DNA of 64,000 nt from an uncultured Candidatus Binatia bacterium (GTDB lineage: Bacteria > Desulfobacterota > Binatia > Bin18). Positions 8,932-18,598 of this stretch are shown here, in pieces. The position numbers were made by a program, and so were the translations under genes. Location: contig OZ243961.1 of assembly GCA_965214605.1 (NCBI GenBank), forward strand, positions 2,688,001 through 2,752,000. The letters run 5' to 3'. The notes beneath the pieces are model-generated. The model was not told where the DNA came from and ran no database searches. It worked only from the letters and a program-made list of their open reading frames with translations. The number at the start of each line of letters is the position of its first letter. Position 1 is the stretch's first letter.

Positions 8932-9726
8932 TTAGGATTTTGTGGCGGACACTAAGAACTGTGGCAAACAGAAAAAGTATGTGCCGTTATCCAGCCGGGC
9001 TTTGATGTCGGCTAGCCAGGCGTCAGCTTGGTTTTGACCGACCACTCCAGAGACGGTGGCGTAGTGATACAGGCTCTTCTCCAGCATTGGCAGGGCGTGG
9101 CCGACTAGATCGGGGCTGGCAAAGATCTTGGTCGCGATGTCGGTCAGTCCGGCCGCTTTGCACAGGCGGGGTAATTTGCGACCAATACGGGGCTCTTTTG
9201 TGACGGTTGACGTCACAGCCTCGATAACACGGTCGTGCAAGGCTTCATCGCTGGCGTCTAGGGCGAGCATGTCCCAATCACTATCGATAAGGACGATCTT
9301 GCCGCCGGGTTTTGCCACCCGAGCGATTTCTCGAACCGTTGCCTCGGCGGAGTCTACGTATTCCAGGACATTTTTGCAAAATACCCTATCAAAAGTCCTG
9401 TCGGCAAAGGGCAGGGGAGGAAAGTCGGCGTGTTCATAGCGAACCTGAGACAGTTCTTGCTGTTGTGTCTGAGCCCTTGCTCGTGAGACAAACGTCTCAT
9501 TAATATCAATACCAACGGCTTGTCCTCCGGGGCCGACCCGGCGGCCAAACTCCTGGGTGATAGAGCCGGGGCCAGAACCCACGTCGAGCACCGACTGTCC
9601 GGGTTGCACCTCAAGCGGGGCCAGCAGGGGAGCCATCCGAGGGTGGTAGCCGAGGAGGTTGTCGTAGATGGAAAAACGGCCCTGCTCAATGTCAATCCAG
9701 TGCTGCTTGTAGTATGGAGCCGTCAT
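8932..9726 (-). CDS. Class I SAM-dependent methyltransferase (UbiE-like fold)
   Basis: VLDVGSGPG, GIDIN, LPFADRTFD, VAKPGGKIVLIDSDWD. Confidence 0.9.
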   Translation of the reverse strand: MTAPYYKQHWIDIEQGRFSIYDNLLGYHPRMAPLLAPLEVQPGQSVLDVGSGPGSITQEFGRRVGPGGQAVGIDINETFVSRARAQTQQQELSQVRYEHADFPPLPFADRTFDRVFCKNVLEYVDSAEATVREIARVAKPGGKIVLIDSDWDMLALDASDEALHDRVIEAVTSTVTKEPRIGRKLPRLCKAAGLTDIATKIFASPDLVGHALPMLEKSLYHYATVSGVVGQNQADAWLADIKARLDNGTYFFCLPQFLVSATKS

Positions 9727-10596
9727 TTAATCACCTATCAGGATGTGTCTGGCCTCTTGCGGCGTTGCGGGGTGTCTGCCGTGGGCGCGGGCGACTTCAA
9801 CCGCCCAGTTGACATAGTCGGCACTGCTCTGGGCCGGAGAGCCGTCGATGAGCGTATCGCGATCTTCAAAGCCGATACGTAGGTGAGCCCCGGTCGAGAT
9901 AGCCAGACTGGCGATGGTGAAGACACTGTCTTCAATGCCGTGGGCGATCCAGGTGGCATTTGGAAAGATCTCTCTGACGCAGTCCGTCATATAGGCGTAG
10001 CTGCGTGGCGTGCCCGGCATGATCTGAAAGCCCTGGCCGAAGCGGCCTGAGAACTCAACCAAGAGGTAGCGCGGCGCGGGCAGCAGGCCGTCTTCGACAA
10101 ACATGGCGACATTGGACAGAAAGCCGGTGTCAAGCACGGCAGGCTCGGGCACAATCCCGCGCTCGCGACACACCTGTATAGTCTGTCTGATATCGTTGTA
10201 GGAGTTGGGAATCGCGATTGTCCGCCGCCCGCCCTCAGAGAGCGGACTATTGAAAACAATATTGCCCGAGTTGAGAGAGATCATATCGACCGGCTTGGGC
10301 GTTTCCCGCAAATAGCGCAGAACCTGCTCAATCGTGGCGTCCGGCATCCGGGCGGTGGTGTGGTTGATAAGCAGATCGGTCTGTTCCCGAATCAATCGGT
10401 CGGCTTCAGCATACCACTCCGGATCGTAGCTGATGGCGCCTTCAGGGGTCCGGGCGTGGATGTGGACGACCGCAGCACCGGCCTCGGCACACCGCCGTGC
10501 CTCCGCGGCCACTTCAGCCGGCGTCCAGGGCACGTGCGGGCTGCGCTCACGGCCACGCATACCATTCAGGCAGGCTTTGATAACGATAGTGTCCAT
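9727..10596 (-). CDS. Beta-keto acid cleavage enzyme family (Kce/BKACE, DUF849)
   Basis: ACLNG, PWTPAEVA, AGAAVVHIHAR, LRIGFED, ATPQEAR; ATG 10596 after AAGGAGAGG. Confidence 0.93.
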   Translation of the reverse strand: MDTIVIKACLNGMRGRERSPHVPWTPAEVAAEARRCAEAGAAVVHIHARTPEGAISYDPEWYAEADRLIREQTDLLINHTTARMPDATIEQVLRYLRETPKPVDMISLNSGNIVFNSPLSEGGRRTIAIPNSYNDIRQTIQVCRERGIVPEPAVLDTGFLSNVAMFVEDGLLPAPRYLLVEFSGRFGQGFQIMPGTPRSYAYMTDCVREIFPNATWIAHGIEDSVFTIASLAISTGAHLRIGFEDRDTLIDGSPAQSSADYVNWAVEVARAHGRHPATPQEARHILIGD

Positions 10597-10712
10597 GAAC
10601 CTCTCCTTGAGAAGAGCCACGAGAGAGACACTTAGGGTGCCCTCTGCAGTGCTTTTGTTCTCTCCCGCCGGGTGGGGTGGGAGAGAGGTGGACGAAGAGC
10701 CGCAGGCGGCTG

Positions 10713-11258
10713 CTAGGCGGCTTGCTGTTGTTTGTCTTTCAGCAGCTTGGTGATAATCTCGTCAATAACGTGGTCGGCCAGAGCGCGGACCTCGTCCTGG
10801 GTTTTGGGTTGGATAGGATGCTCCACCAGAATCGGCTCGTAGTCCGGCATGCCAAGCGCGGTGCACTGGGCGTGGGCCGCACCAATGAATTCGGTGGTGG
10901 TCACATTTGCGGTCGGAATCCCCTGTTCTTCAAAATAGACAACATCGTGCGAACTGCACGAGATACAGCCCCCTCAATCGCTGAGAGCTTCGATAATGGC
11001 GTCACACTTCTGGCTGAGTTCGGCTTTTAGCGGCTCGGGAGCCGTCCGAGCGACCGTGGGCTTCATGCGACGTAAGACATCCTTCACCTCGTACTGCTCA
11101 CGCAGGACTTCTTCCACCCGATCGAGAAAGAAGGCGCCTTTCGCCTTACTGATATCAAGTAAGCCCACCGTCTTGCCGGCCAAGGTCTCGAGCCGAGGGG
11201 CAAAAGCTTTCTGCTCGCGTTCTACTACATCCGTCGGGTCTAGTAAGATATCTCCCAT
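10713..11258 (-). CDS. UGSC-family selenoprotein (in-frame TGA 10976-10974 read as Sec; motif D-U-G-G-C-x-x-C), about 181 aa
   Basis: ORFs 10974..11486 and 10713..10904 are one frame separated only by TGA: IIEALSD-U-GGCISCSSHDVVYFEEQGIPT. A hairpin follows the TGA. Confidence 0.88.
10940..10973 (-). promoter_or_regulatory. Candidate bacterial SECIS element
   Basis: mRNA UGA-GGGGGCUGUAUC-UCGUGC-AGUUC-GCACGA: 6-bp stem, GU in the apical loop, loop 18 nt after UGA. Confidence 0.75.
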
Positions 11259-11274
11259 CCGATGCCTCCTTATC

Positions 11275-12363
11275 TTAGGCGTGAATTTCTTTGGTCGTGA
11301 TGCGGCTGCCAGCATCAGATCCGGCCCAGCCTTGGATGGCGGCCGAAAAACGACCTGCCGTGCCTCCAGCCACAATGATAACGATATTGTCGGGTTTGGG
11401 AAACTTGGGAAAGAGCGTCTCATCAGTCGGCGGTGGGCGGTCTTTCTTGGGCGTTCTGAGCATACTGACTCCCACCCCTTCGCCACCGTTCACGTCAGGC
11501 CGGAGGTCCCGCAGCGGACGGCGAATGTTCTCGTACAGGAATTGGCGCAGATCGTTTTTGGACCAGCCGTCTTGCGCGAAGGTTGCAGCGTGCTCAGGGC
11601 AAACGACGAGGACGGTGTCCGAAAAGAGCGGATAGTTTTTGTGGTTCCACAGTCCGGACATGGTCCACCCTAGGGAGAGCGCGAGTTGCTCGGCACTCCG
11701 GCTGGCGTGATCATTGATCTGCAGCGGTGAGTGGCCGCCAAACAGAGTGACCGTACTCTGGTCGGGGCGAAAGCCTTTTTCGACATGCAGCGGCTCCCAC
11801 GGACTGTCTTCCTCGTTTTCGCCCACACAAAACGTGTACTGGGCGGGGTGCCCCATGGTCGCCTTCGTGATCTCGTGGGGCTTAGCGCCGCCAATATTGA
11901 TAATCATCAGCCGCAGAGCACGGCCGATAGTCGCGTTAGCCCGGAAGCCGTGGCCCATCGCATTATGGCCGCAGTTCACTCCGATTTGGTGCCGAATTGG
12001 GCCGTTAATAATCGTCATCGGCGAGGCGGAGAAGGTCGTGACATTGATGCCGTGGATGCAAAACTGCTCCTCACACATGGCCTCGACCGCGGCCAGAACC
12101 GTCGGAAAATACGACGGGTGACAGCCGGCCATCACCGCATTAATCGCAATTTTCTCCAGCGTCGCCCGGCCGTAATTGGGGCCTATCGTGCCAATTTCCT
12201 CTTTTGGGTCCCACGCCGTGGCAGCCAGCATGCGCGCCACCCGCTCCTGGGTGGGCGGGACAACCGGTAAGCCGTCCGTCACCCCACGGGAGTACAACAG
12301 TTCAACCGGATCCTCTTCTTGGACCTCAATCCGTCGTGAGGACAGTTCTGCCGACTGTGCCAT
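11275..12363 (-). CDS. Conserved protein typically paired with UGSC-family proteins, function unknown
   Basis: TDGLPVVPPT, ATLEKIAINAVMAGC, RANATIGRALRL, ENEEDSPWEPLHVE, IIVAGG; directly upstream of the UxxC gene. Confidence 0.8.
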   Translation of the reverse strand: MAQSAELSSRRIEVQEEDPVELLYSRGVTDGLPVVPPTQERVARMLAATAWDPKEEIGTIGPNYGRATLEKIAINAVMAGCHPSYFPTVLAAVEAMCEEQFCIHGINVTTFSASPMTIINGPIRHQIGVNCGHNAMGHGFRANATIGRALRLMIINIGGAKPHEITKATMGHPAQYTFCVGENEEDSPWEPLHVEKGFRPDQSTVTLFGGHSPLQINDHASRSAEQLALSLGWTMSGLWNHKNYPLFSDTVLVVCPEHAATFAQDGWSKNDLRQFLYENIRRPLRDLRPDVNGGEGVGVSMLRTPKKDRPPPTDETLFPKFPKPDNIVIIVAGGTAGRFSAAIQGWAGSDAGSRITTKEIHA

Positions 12364-12376
12364 ACTGCATCCCCCT

Positions 12377-13330
12377 CTATTTGATCGCCTGTGGGTTGAC
12401 CGGTGACCCGACCGCTCCGGTAATCGTCAACGGCGGCGCGACGAACATAAATTCGTATACCCCGTCGGCCGCACAGTCCTTGGCTAACTCTTCGAGGTCA
12501 AAAATCTCTCCCACCAACATGCCGGCGTGGACAATCAGAATCATGTGCAGGGGTTGGAAGATGTCGGGCGTCTCGTTTGGAATAACCTCGGTGCCCCAGG
12601 TGTCTGTGGCGTAGCCGGCGACCTGCTTGTCGCACAGCCACGACGCGCACGCCACGCCTAGCCCTGGTGCGTTACCGCCGCTATAGGTCCCCCAGTCGTT
12701 GTCGGCCCGAACCTGGGCAATCTGGCCGGTGCGAATAATGACAATGTCGCCGGTACTCACATCCACCCAACCCATTGCGGCTGCGCCGTCGAGATCTTCG
12801 GGCTGAATCGCTTCTCCGGGTTCCAGCCATTGGTTGCCCTTGTAGCGGGGAATATCGAGCAGCACGCTACGGGAAATAATCTTGCTCTTCGCATTTTCAA
12901 TCCCGTTCCTTTTGGCCCCCCTACTGGTCACCACCTCTGCTCCGTAACCATTGTACATCTTGTCTTTGTACAGAATATGGGCCAGGGCGTCCCACTGGGT
13001 GGCGCACTGGAGCGGCATGGTCACCGCGTCGTCGGTATACTGCAGATTTGGTAAATGCTTCTGGGCACCAACCGCGATGTCACCCCCATCCTGGATCATA
13101 AAGTGAATAGGGTTAAAGCGCCCATAGGCACCGGTCTGAGGACCTTTGTCATCAAAGGGAATAGCCAGCGAAATGACCTTGCCCTGGGTGACGAGCTTTG
13201 CGGCGTTGACCACTTTTTCGGGGGTGATGTAGTTGAGCGTGCCAAGCTGATCGTTGGGTCCCCACTTGCCCCAGTTTTTATATTTTTGGGCCAGGGCTTC
13301 GACGTCTGCCATCGAGTACTGTTGTCTCAT
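12377..13330 (-). CDS. Cyclase / kynurenine formamidase-like metal hydrolase
   Basis: NWGKWGPNDQLGTLN, QCATQWDALAH, LLDIPR, IIRTG, GAVGSPVNPQAIK; ATG 13330 after GAAGGAG. Confidence 0.92.
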   Translation of the reverse strand: MRQQYSMADVEALAQKYKNWGKWGPNDQLGTLNYITPEKVVNAAKLVTQGKVISLAIPFDDKGPQTGAYGRFNPIHFMIQDGGDIAVGAQKHLPNLQYTDDAVTMPLQCATQWDALAHILYKDKMYNGYGAEVVTSRGAKRNGIENAKSKIISRSVLLDIPRYKGNQWLEPGEAIQPEDLDGAAAMGWVDVSTGDIVIIRTGQIAQVRADNDWGTYSGGNAPGLGVACASWLCDKQVAGYATDTWGTEVIPNETPDIFQPLHMILIVHAGMLVGEIFDLEELAKDCAADGVYEFMFVAPPLTITGAVGSPVNPQAIK

Positions 13331-13441
13331 GTGCTCTCCTTCTTCGTTCCTATCTTCCCCCGTCTGACAGCCGTTCGTCAAGAATCGTTGCGCTGTATCT
13401 TAGAGAGGTCACCCAGACGATCTCTTTTGCCGTCCGACGGC

Positions 13442-14386
13442 TCAGGTTCCGAGCTGCGTGCCGGGCGTTTGAGGCTGGCCCTTGAGGAATTCGCGAATGC
13501 CTAAGCGTTTTTTTCCGGCCAACTGAACTTCTTCGAGAGCCAGGGTGCCACAGCCGGTGACGATCAGCAGTTGGTCTGGAGCAGCGCACACCACGGTCCC
13601 CGGCGCCGCACTTGAGAGCCCGGACTGGGCCAAGCGGGCGGCGTAGACCTTGAGCCGCTGACCGTGCAGAGTCGTATAGGCCGACGGCCAGGGCTGGAAC
13701 GCCCGAATACGTCTTTCAATGCTGAGCGCGTCCTGAGTCCAATTGATGCGTCCGTCTTCCTTTTTGATCAAGGGTGCATACGTCGCCTGGCTCTCATCCT
13801 GCGGTCTGGCAACGAGTCGCCCGTGTTTGAACAGAGTCAAGGCCTGGTCAAGCGCCCCGGCTCCAAGCACGGACAGTTTGGCGTGCAGTCTCCCGGCGGT
13901 TTCTGTGTCGGGAATAGGAATAGCTTTTTGCAGCAAAATATCGCCGGCGTCCATCTTTTGAACGACCCGCATGATGGTGACGCCGGTCTGCGTCTCACCG
14001 TTGGCAATCGCCCACTGAATGGGAGCTGCCCCCCGGTACTTGGGGAGCAGAGAAGCATGGACATTGATACAGCCGTGGGGGGGGAGGTCGAGCAGACGCT
14101 TGGGCAGCAGCTTGCCGTACGCCGCAATCACGAGCAGGTCGGGCTGCCAGGCCCGCAGGTGTTCGACGACCTCAGGCGAGTGGAGCTTCGCGGGTTGAAA
14201 GAGGGGAATGTTGTGTTCGAGAGCGCAGGTTTTGACCGCTGAGGGGCGCGGTACCATGCCTCGTCCGGCCGGTTGGTCGGGCTGGGTGACCACGGCGACG
14301 AGGGTGTCTTCTCTCTCAGTCAGGACCCGTAGGGACGGCACGGCAAATTCCGGCGTGCCCATGAAGACGAGACGGAGGGGTTTCAC
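13442..14386 (-). CDS. fmt: Methionyl-tRNA formyltransferase
   Basis: FMGTPEFA, VVTQPD, INVHASLLPKYRGAAPIQ. Confidence 0.98.
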   Translation of the reverse strand: MKPLRLVFMGTPEFAVPSLRVLTEREDTLVAVVTQPDQPAGRGMVPRPSAVKTCALEHNIPLFQPAKLHSPEVVEHLRAWQPDLLVIAAYGKLLPKRLLDLPPHGCINVHASLLPKYRGAAPIQWAIANGETQTGVTIMRVVQKMDAGDILLQKAIPIPDTETAGRLHAKLSVLGAGALDQALTLFKHGRLVARPQDESQATYAPLIKKEDGRINWTQDALSIERRIRAFQPWPSAYTTLHGQRLKVYAARLAQSGLSSAAPGTVVCAAPDQLLIVTGCGTLALEEVQLAGKKRLGIREFLKGQPQTPGTQLGT

Positions 14387-14395
14387 AGTGTTCGC

Positions 14396-14935
14396 TTAAA
14401 TCGCTGGCGGCCCCTTGTCAGCCTTAAGGGGCCGACCTTCGCGGATCAGCTTCTTGACCCGCCGACTATAGATGTCCCGCTTGAGACGGCTGATGCGGTC
14501 GATAAACAGTTGACCGTCAAGGTGGTCAAGCTCGTGCTGGAGGGCCACGGCCAACAGTTCTTCAGCCTCGACGGTGATCTCTTTTTGGTCAAGCGTCCAG
14601 GCGCTGACCTCGACTTTGGCGGCCCGTTTCACCTCGGCTGTATAGTCAATGACGCTAAGACAGCCTTCTTCCCAGACAAGAAAGCCTTCCTGAGCAGTGA
14701 TACGGGGATTGACCAGTTGTAGTAGCTCTTTGCCGGGCTCTTCGTGATTCACGTCGAGGACCACAACGCGCTGGGCCGTGCCGAGTTGGGGGGCGGCTAG
14801 GCCAACACCCGGCGCGTCATACATGGTCTCCACCATGTCTTCGACCAAGCGGGCTAGCTCGCCGTCCATGTTTTCGACCGCGGTCGAGGTTTTGGTCAGA
14901 CGTATGTCCGGAAAATGGAGAATTTCTCGTATCAT
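14396..14935 (-). CDS. def: Peptide deformylase (start could be 14974)
   Basis: GVGLAAPQ, EGCLS, QHELDHLDG. Confidence 0.97.
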   Translation of the reverse strand: MIREILHFPDIRLTKTSTAVENMDGELARLVEDMVETMYDAPGVGLAAPQLGTAQRVVVLDVNHEEPGKELLQLVNPRITAQEGFLVWEEGCLSVIDYTAEVKRAAKVEVSAWTLDQKEITVEAEELLAVALQHELDHLDGQLFIDRISRLKRDIYSRRVKKLIREGRPLKADKGPPAI

Positions 14936-14990
14936 CAGGCTCTCAAAAACAATGATTTTTTCTTGATGGGGCATTCACACGTCCACCCCT

Positions 14991-17351
14991 CTATAACATG
15001 CTATACGGATCAATATCAACGATTGTCCGCATGTCGCGCCCCCCTCTCGTCTTGGCCCGCCCCAATTCTTGTTCGAGATCTTGGCGAACCCGCTGGATCA
15101 GGCCGTGCAGGATCCGCGGCTGCTCGCCTTTGAGCAGCAACTGCCACCGGATCCGGCCTTTGATCTTTTCAATCGGGGCCGGAGCCGGACCTAACATAAC
15201 GGCTGAGCCCGACGATCCCCGGCCTTGCCCTTCTGCTTGGATGAGGGTCTGTAAACACTGGGCAAAGCGCTCGGCGTAGGCCATGACTTTTTCGCTATCG
15301 ACGCTCTCAAATCGAACATTGATCGCACGGGTAAACGGCGGGTAGCCGAACCGTTTGCGGTAGCCCAACTCCTGACTGGCGAAACGGACGAAATCGTGCC
15401 CAAGTGCCGCCCGGATACTGTAGTGATCGGGCGCATAGGTCTGAATGATGACCCGACCGGGGTTGTCACCGCGGCCGGCTCGGCCAGCCACCTGGGCCAG
15501 CAACTGAAAGGTTCTCTCTGCCGCCCGGAAGTCGGGCAGGTTGAGAGAGATATCGGCCGCTAGCACCCCCACCAAGGTGACGCCGGGGACGTCGTGCCCC
15601 TTGGCAATCATCTGGGTCCCGATAAGGACATCGAGATCCCCCGCCCGCCAGGCGCCTAAGATTTGCTCCAAAACACCTCGCCGACGGACCGCATCGCGGT
15701 CGAGCCGTCCAATCCGTGCGCCGGGTATCAGTTGTGTCAGAGCTTCCTCAACCTGCTGTGTCCCGATCCCGCTATCCCTTAGCGATGAACTCGAACAGAC
15801 CGGACAACGCCGCGGCGACGGTTTGGAGAGGCCGCAGTAATGACAGCGGAGTACGTGGTCTGGGCGGTGCCAGGTGAGCGTTACGCTGCACTGGGAACAG
15901 ATGAGCACCTCCCCACACTGATGACACTGGAGGTAGTTCGCATACCCGCGCCGGTTCATGAACAGCAGACTCTGGCGGCCATCCCGGTAATTTTCCACTA
16001 GGGCGTGTTGGAGAGGGGCTGAAAAAATCCGATCCGGACCGCGCGGTTGGGCTTCGTGTTTTGGCCGTCCTTGGCGACGTAGGTCCACCACTTCCACCTC
16101 CGGGAGCGGGCGGGAGGCAATCCGTTGGGGCAGGCTTAGCAGGGTATAGCGCTGGGATTGACTATGGAGGTAGCTCTCAAGCGAAGGGGTGGCCGAACCT
16201 AGGACCACCGGGCAAGAGGATATTCTGCCACGGACGACTGCAAGGTCTCTGGCATTATACCGCACGCTGTCCTCCTGCTTGTAGGCGCCGTCGTGCTCTT
16301 CATCGACCACGATCAGGCCCAACTGGTTCACCGGGGCAAAAATTGCCGAGCGGGTGCCAATAATGACTGGAGCGTCTCCGCGTGCGATACGTTGCCATTC
16401 TGCCCAACGCAGGCTGGACCGCACCCCACTGTGTAACACGGCGATTCGCTGTCCAAAACGCTGCCGGACGCGTTCGACCAACTGGTGGGTCAGGCCAATC
16501 TCTGGGACGAGCATCAGCACACGTTTACCGCTGTGCACAACGGTCTGAGCAGCGTGGATATACACCTCAGTTTTACCACTACCCGTCACCCCGTGTAGTA
16601 GAAACACTCGAAAGGCCGCGGATTGGAGGGCGGCGGTGATCTGGGTGTAAGCGGCTTCCTGCTCAGATGAGAGGGGGAAAGGAAGAGCGCTGCCCTCATC
16701 AGCCTTGGCCAGGGTCGAACTCGCCTCCGATTTGGCTTGTCGTATTTGCGGCGGAATATGCTCTCGGACTGTAAGCAGGTTTCGGGCTTCCAAGCCGGGC
16801 AGGATTCTTCCAATTGGCAAGCTGGGGAACTGTTGTCCAAGCGTCTTTGTCGTCACCCGTTTCTTGGCCAGCACGAAATCCAGAATCTTTTTTTCCCGTC
16901 TAGTCAGCTCTGAGGTACTTTGTTGAACATGCGAAGCTTCTGTAAGGCCTGCATTTTTGACCTTTCTCTTTTTCACCGGCGTCACCACCTGGGCGCTCTC
17001 ACTACGCAGACCGCTGGGGAGCATGACGTTGAGCATATCGCCCAAGGAGGCCAGATAGTAATTGGCTGTCCACTGCCACAATTCCATCATTTCTTCAGAA
17101 AAAATAGGAGTTTCATCGAGAACATCAAGAATATACTTCAATTTTTTATCGACCAAGGCATGAGAAGTACTAACACGCGTCACAATACCGGTCATTTTTC
17201 GACGGCCAACAGGCACAAAAACCCGCACCCCAGGGACGAGACTCGTCTGAAACGCCTCAGGAATAGCATAGGTAAGCTCTTTGTGACGACCGATTGAAGC
17301 CGTGACCACCACACAAGCGAAAGTAAAATATGAAGTTTGTGTCTCTAACAT
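14991..17351 (-). CDS. priA: Primosomal protein N' (replication restart helicase)
   Basis: LHGVTGSGKTEVY, DEEHD, SATPS, four CxxC, GTQMIAKGHD, QVAGRAGR. Confidence 0.98.
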   Translation of the reverse strand: MLETQTSYFTFACVVVTASIGRHKELTYAIPEAFQTSLVPGVRVFVPVGRRKMTGIVTRVSTSHALVDKKLKYILDVLDETPIFSEEMMELWQWTANYYLASLGDMLNVMLPSGLRSESAQVVTPVKKRKVKNAGLTEASHVQQSTSELTRREKKILDFVLAKKRVTTKTLGQQFPSLPIGRILPGLEARNLLTVREHIPPQIRQAKSEASSTLAKADEGSALPFPLSSEQEAAYTQITAALQSAAFRVFLLHGVTGSGKTEVYIHAAQTVVHSGKRVLMLVPEIGLTHQLVERVRQRFGQRIAVLHSGVRSSLRWAEWQRIARGDAPVIIGTRSAIFAPVNQLGLIVVDEEHDGAYKQEDSVRYNARDLAVVRGRISSCPVVLGSATPSLESYLHSQSQRYTLLSLPQRIASRPLPEVEVVDLRRQGRPKHEAQPRGPDRIFSAPLQHALVENYRDGRQSLLFMNRRGYANYLQCHQCGEVLICSQCSVTLTWHRPDHVLRCHYCGLSKPSPRRCPVCSSSSLRDSGIGTQQVEEALTQLIPGARIGRLDRDAVRRRGVLEQILGAWRAGDLDVLIGTQMIAKGHDVPGVTLVGVLAADISLNLPDFRAAERTFQLLAQVAGRAGRGDNPGRVIIQTYAPDHYSIRAALGHDFVRFASQELGYRKRFGYPPFTRAINVRFESVDSEKVMAYAERFAQCLQTLIQAEGQGRGSSGSAVMLGPAPAPIEKIKGRIRWQLLLKGEQPRILHGLIQRVRQDLEQELGRAKTRGGRDMRTIVDIDPYSML

Positions 17352-17380
17352 TTGACAATATACTTTTTATTTGCCATATT
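17352..17380 (+). promoter_or_regulatory. Sigma70-like promoter divergent from priA
   Basis: TTGACA-17 bp-CATATT in an AT-rich tract. Confidence 0.5.
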
Positions 17381-17643
17381 AAGTCTTCGAAAAGACTGGG
17401 AACAGAAAGTCTTTACAATGCCTCTTGTGAGCGGTATGAAAGATTGCCTCAAACAAAGTCTTCCGACCTGTTTTATTCCAAGGAGAGAAAAACTATCTGA
17501 CCCTGGATATTGGGACAAGGCCGGTAAAAATACTCGAAATACAGAAGGAACGCACACTGAGGGCGGCCACGGCCGTGCAGGCAAAAAAACACTAGCATGG
17601 CGGTGTCACTGTGGATGAGGGTGTGATGGTGAGAGAGGGATGG

Positions 17644-18231
17644 ATGACGGATACGCCGAGGACAGTGGCGCTGGCGTGTATGGCCCTCGGCATGGGCGCG
17701 TGTACAGCCCACGCCCCCCTATCCACCGCATCTCCTGCTGCGTCCGCCTCTTCCGTTCAAGCGGATACAAGAGGCCGCCTCCGGATACAGGAAGTGCGTC
17801 TGGTCAAGACAGCCCGGCAGCGCGGTGTGCGGTTTCAGTTTTCTCAACCGCCTCACGAAATTGATTATTTCCCCCTACGAGACCCGAGCCGGTTGGTGAT
17901 CGATGTCAAAGGACCAGTTGTGGTCCTCCCGCAGGTCTATAATACGCTTGATCCACTAGTTTCGGCAGTACGGATCAGCAGCTACCAGGGCAGAATGCGG
18001 CTCGTGATCGATATGGAGAGCGAGAAGGTCCCGCCATTTTCGATTGATCAGCAGGAGAGCGTGCTGATCGTCTATATCGGCTATGAACAGGACGGGGATG
18101 TTTCTGCCGTGACGAACGCTCGGGGTCGGACGGCGCATGAGATAAGGAGAACAACGGTATTGGCTGGGACACTCGGAGGCTTGAGTGTCAGTGGTAATGT
18201 AGGGCGGTGGAGTGGTGGAAGCGAGGGGTAA
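17644..18231 (+). CDS. AMIN-domain lipoprotein, possibly a truncated PilQ-like N-terminus
   Basis: Signal ending LGMGAC; FPLRDPSRLVIDV...VRIS...MRLVIDM; directly upstream of aroK-aroB. Confidence 0.65.
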   Translation: MTDTPRTVALACMALGMGACTAHAPLSTASPAASASSVQADTRGRLRIQEVRLVKTARQRGVRFQFSQPPHEIDYFPLRDPSRLVIDVKGPVVVLPQVYNTLDPLVSAVRISSYQGRMRLVIDMESEKVPPFSIDQQESVLIVYIGYEQDGDVSAVTNARGRTAHEIRRTTVLAGTLGGLSVSGNVGRWSGGSEG

Positions 18232-18417
18232 TACGCTTCTTGACTTCGAGCCTCCAAGTGTCTCTGTCAATGTGGTGGTTTGGATGGTTGCGGTAGCGGA
18301 AAAACGATGGAGTGTCTCTGTTTAAGGTGGTGTGAATGGTTGCGGGTAGCGGAGGAACAACGGAGTATCTCTATTGATGTGGTGGCGTGGATGGTTGCGG
18401 TAGCGGAAAAACGACAG
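18183..18417. repeat. Degenerate tandem repeat, 53-54 bp unit (3 clear copies plus 1 decayed)
   Basis: Units start 18257, 18311, 18364 (AGTGTCTCTG...ATGGTTGCGGTAGCGGAAAAACGA); weaker copy from 18183. Confidence 0.85.
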
Positions 18418-18598
18418 AGATTAAGATAGGGGTGGGGAGGGGGAATTTTCCCCCTGTTCCTTGATTTCCCCCCACTCCTATCAAAAAATCTTCCTTCAGG
18501 CAAGGCCCTAGCCTAGGTGCGCCCGCTCAAGAGGAAAAACACCGGGAGAAGGCTGGAACAGACCCCAGGGCGCTTCCCTGACCTGCTGCTCTGTATCT

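Noticed and set aside
10974-11486. 170-aa ORF as called in the track
   Set aside because: Its 5' part overlaps the upstream gene; the real start is ATG 11258 after AGGAGG and the TGA is likely Sec.
18183-18417. CRISPR array
   Set aside because: The whole unit is similar between copies with no unique spacers; it is a degenerate tandem repeat.
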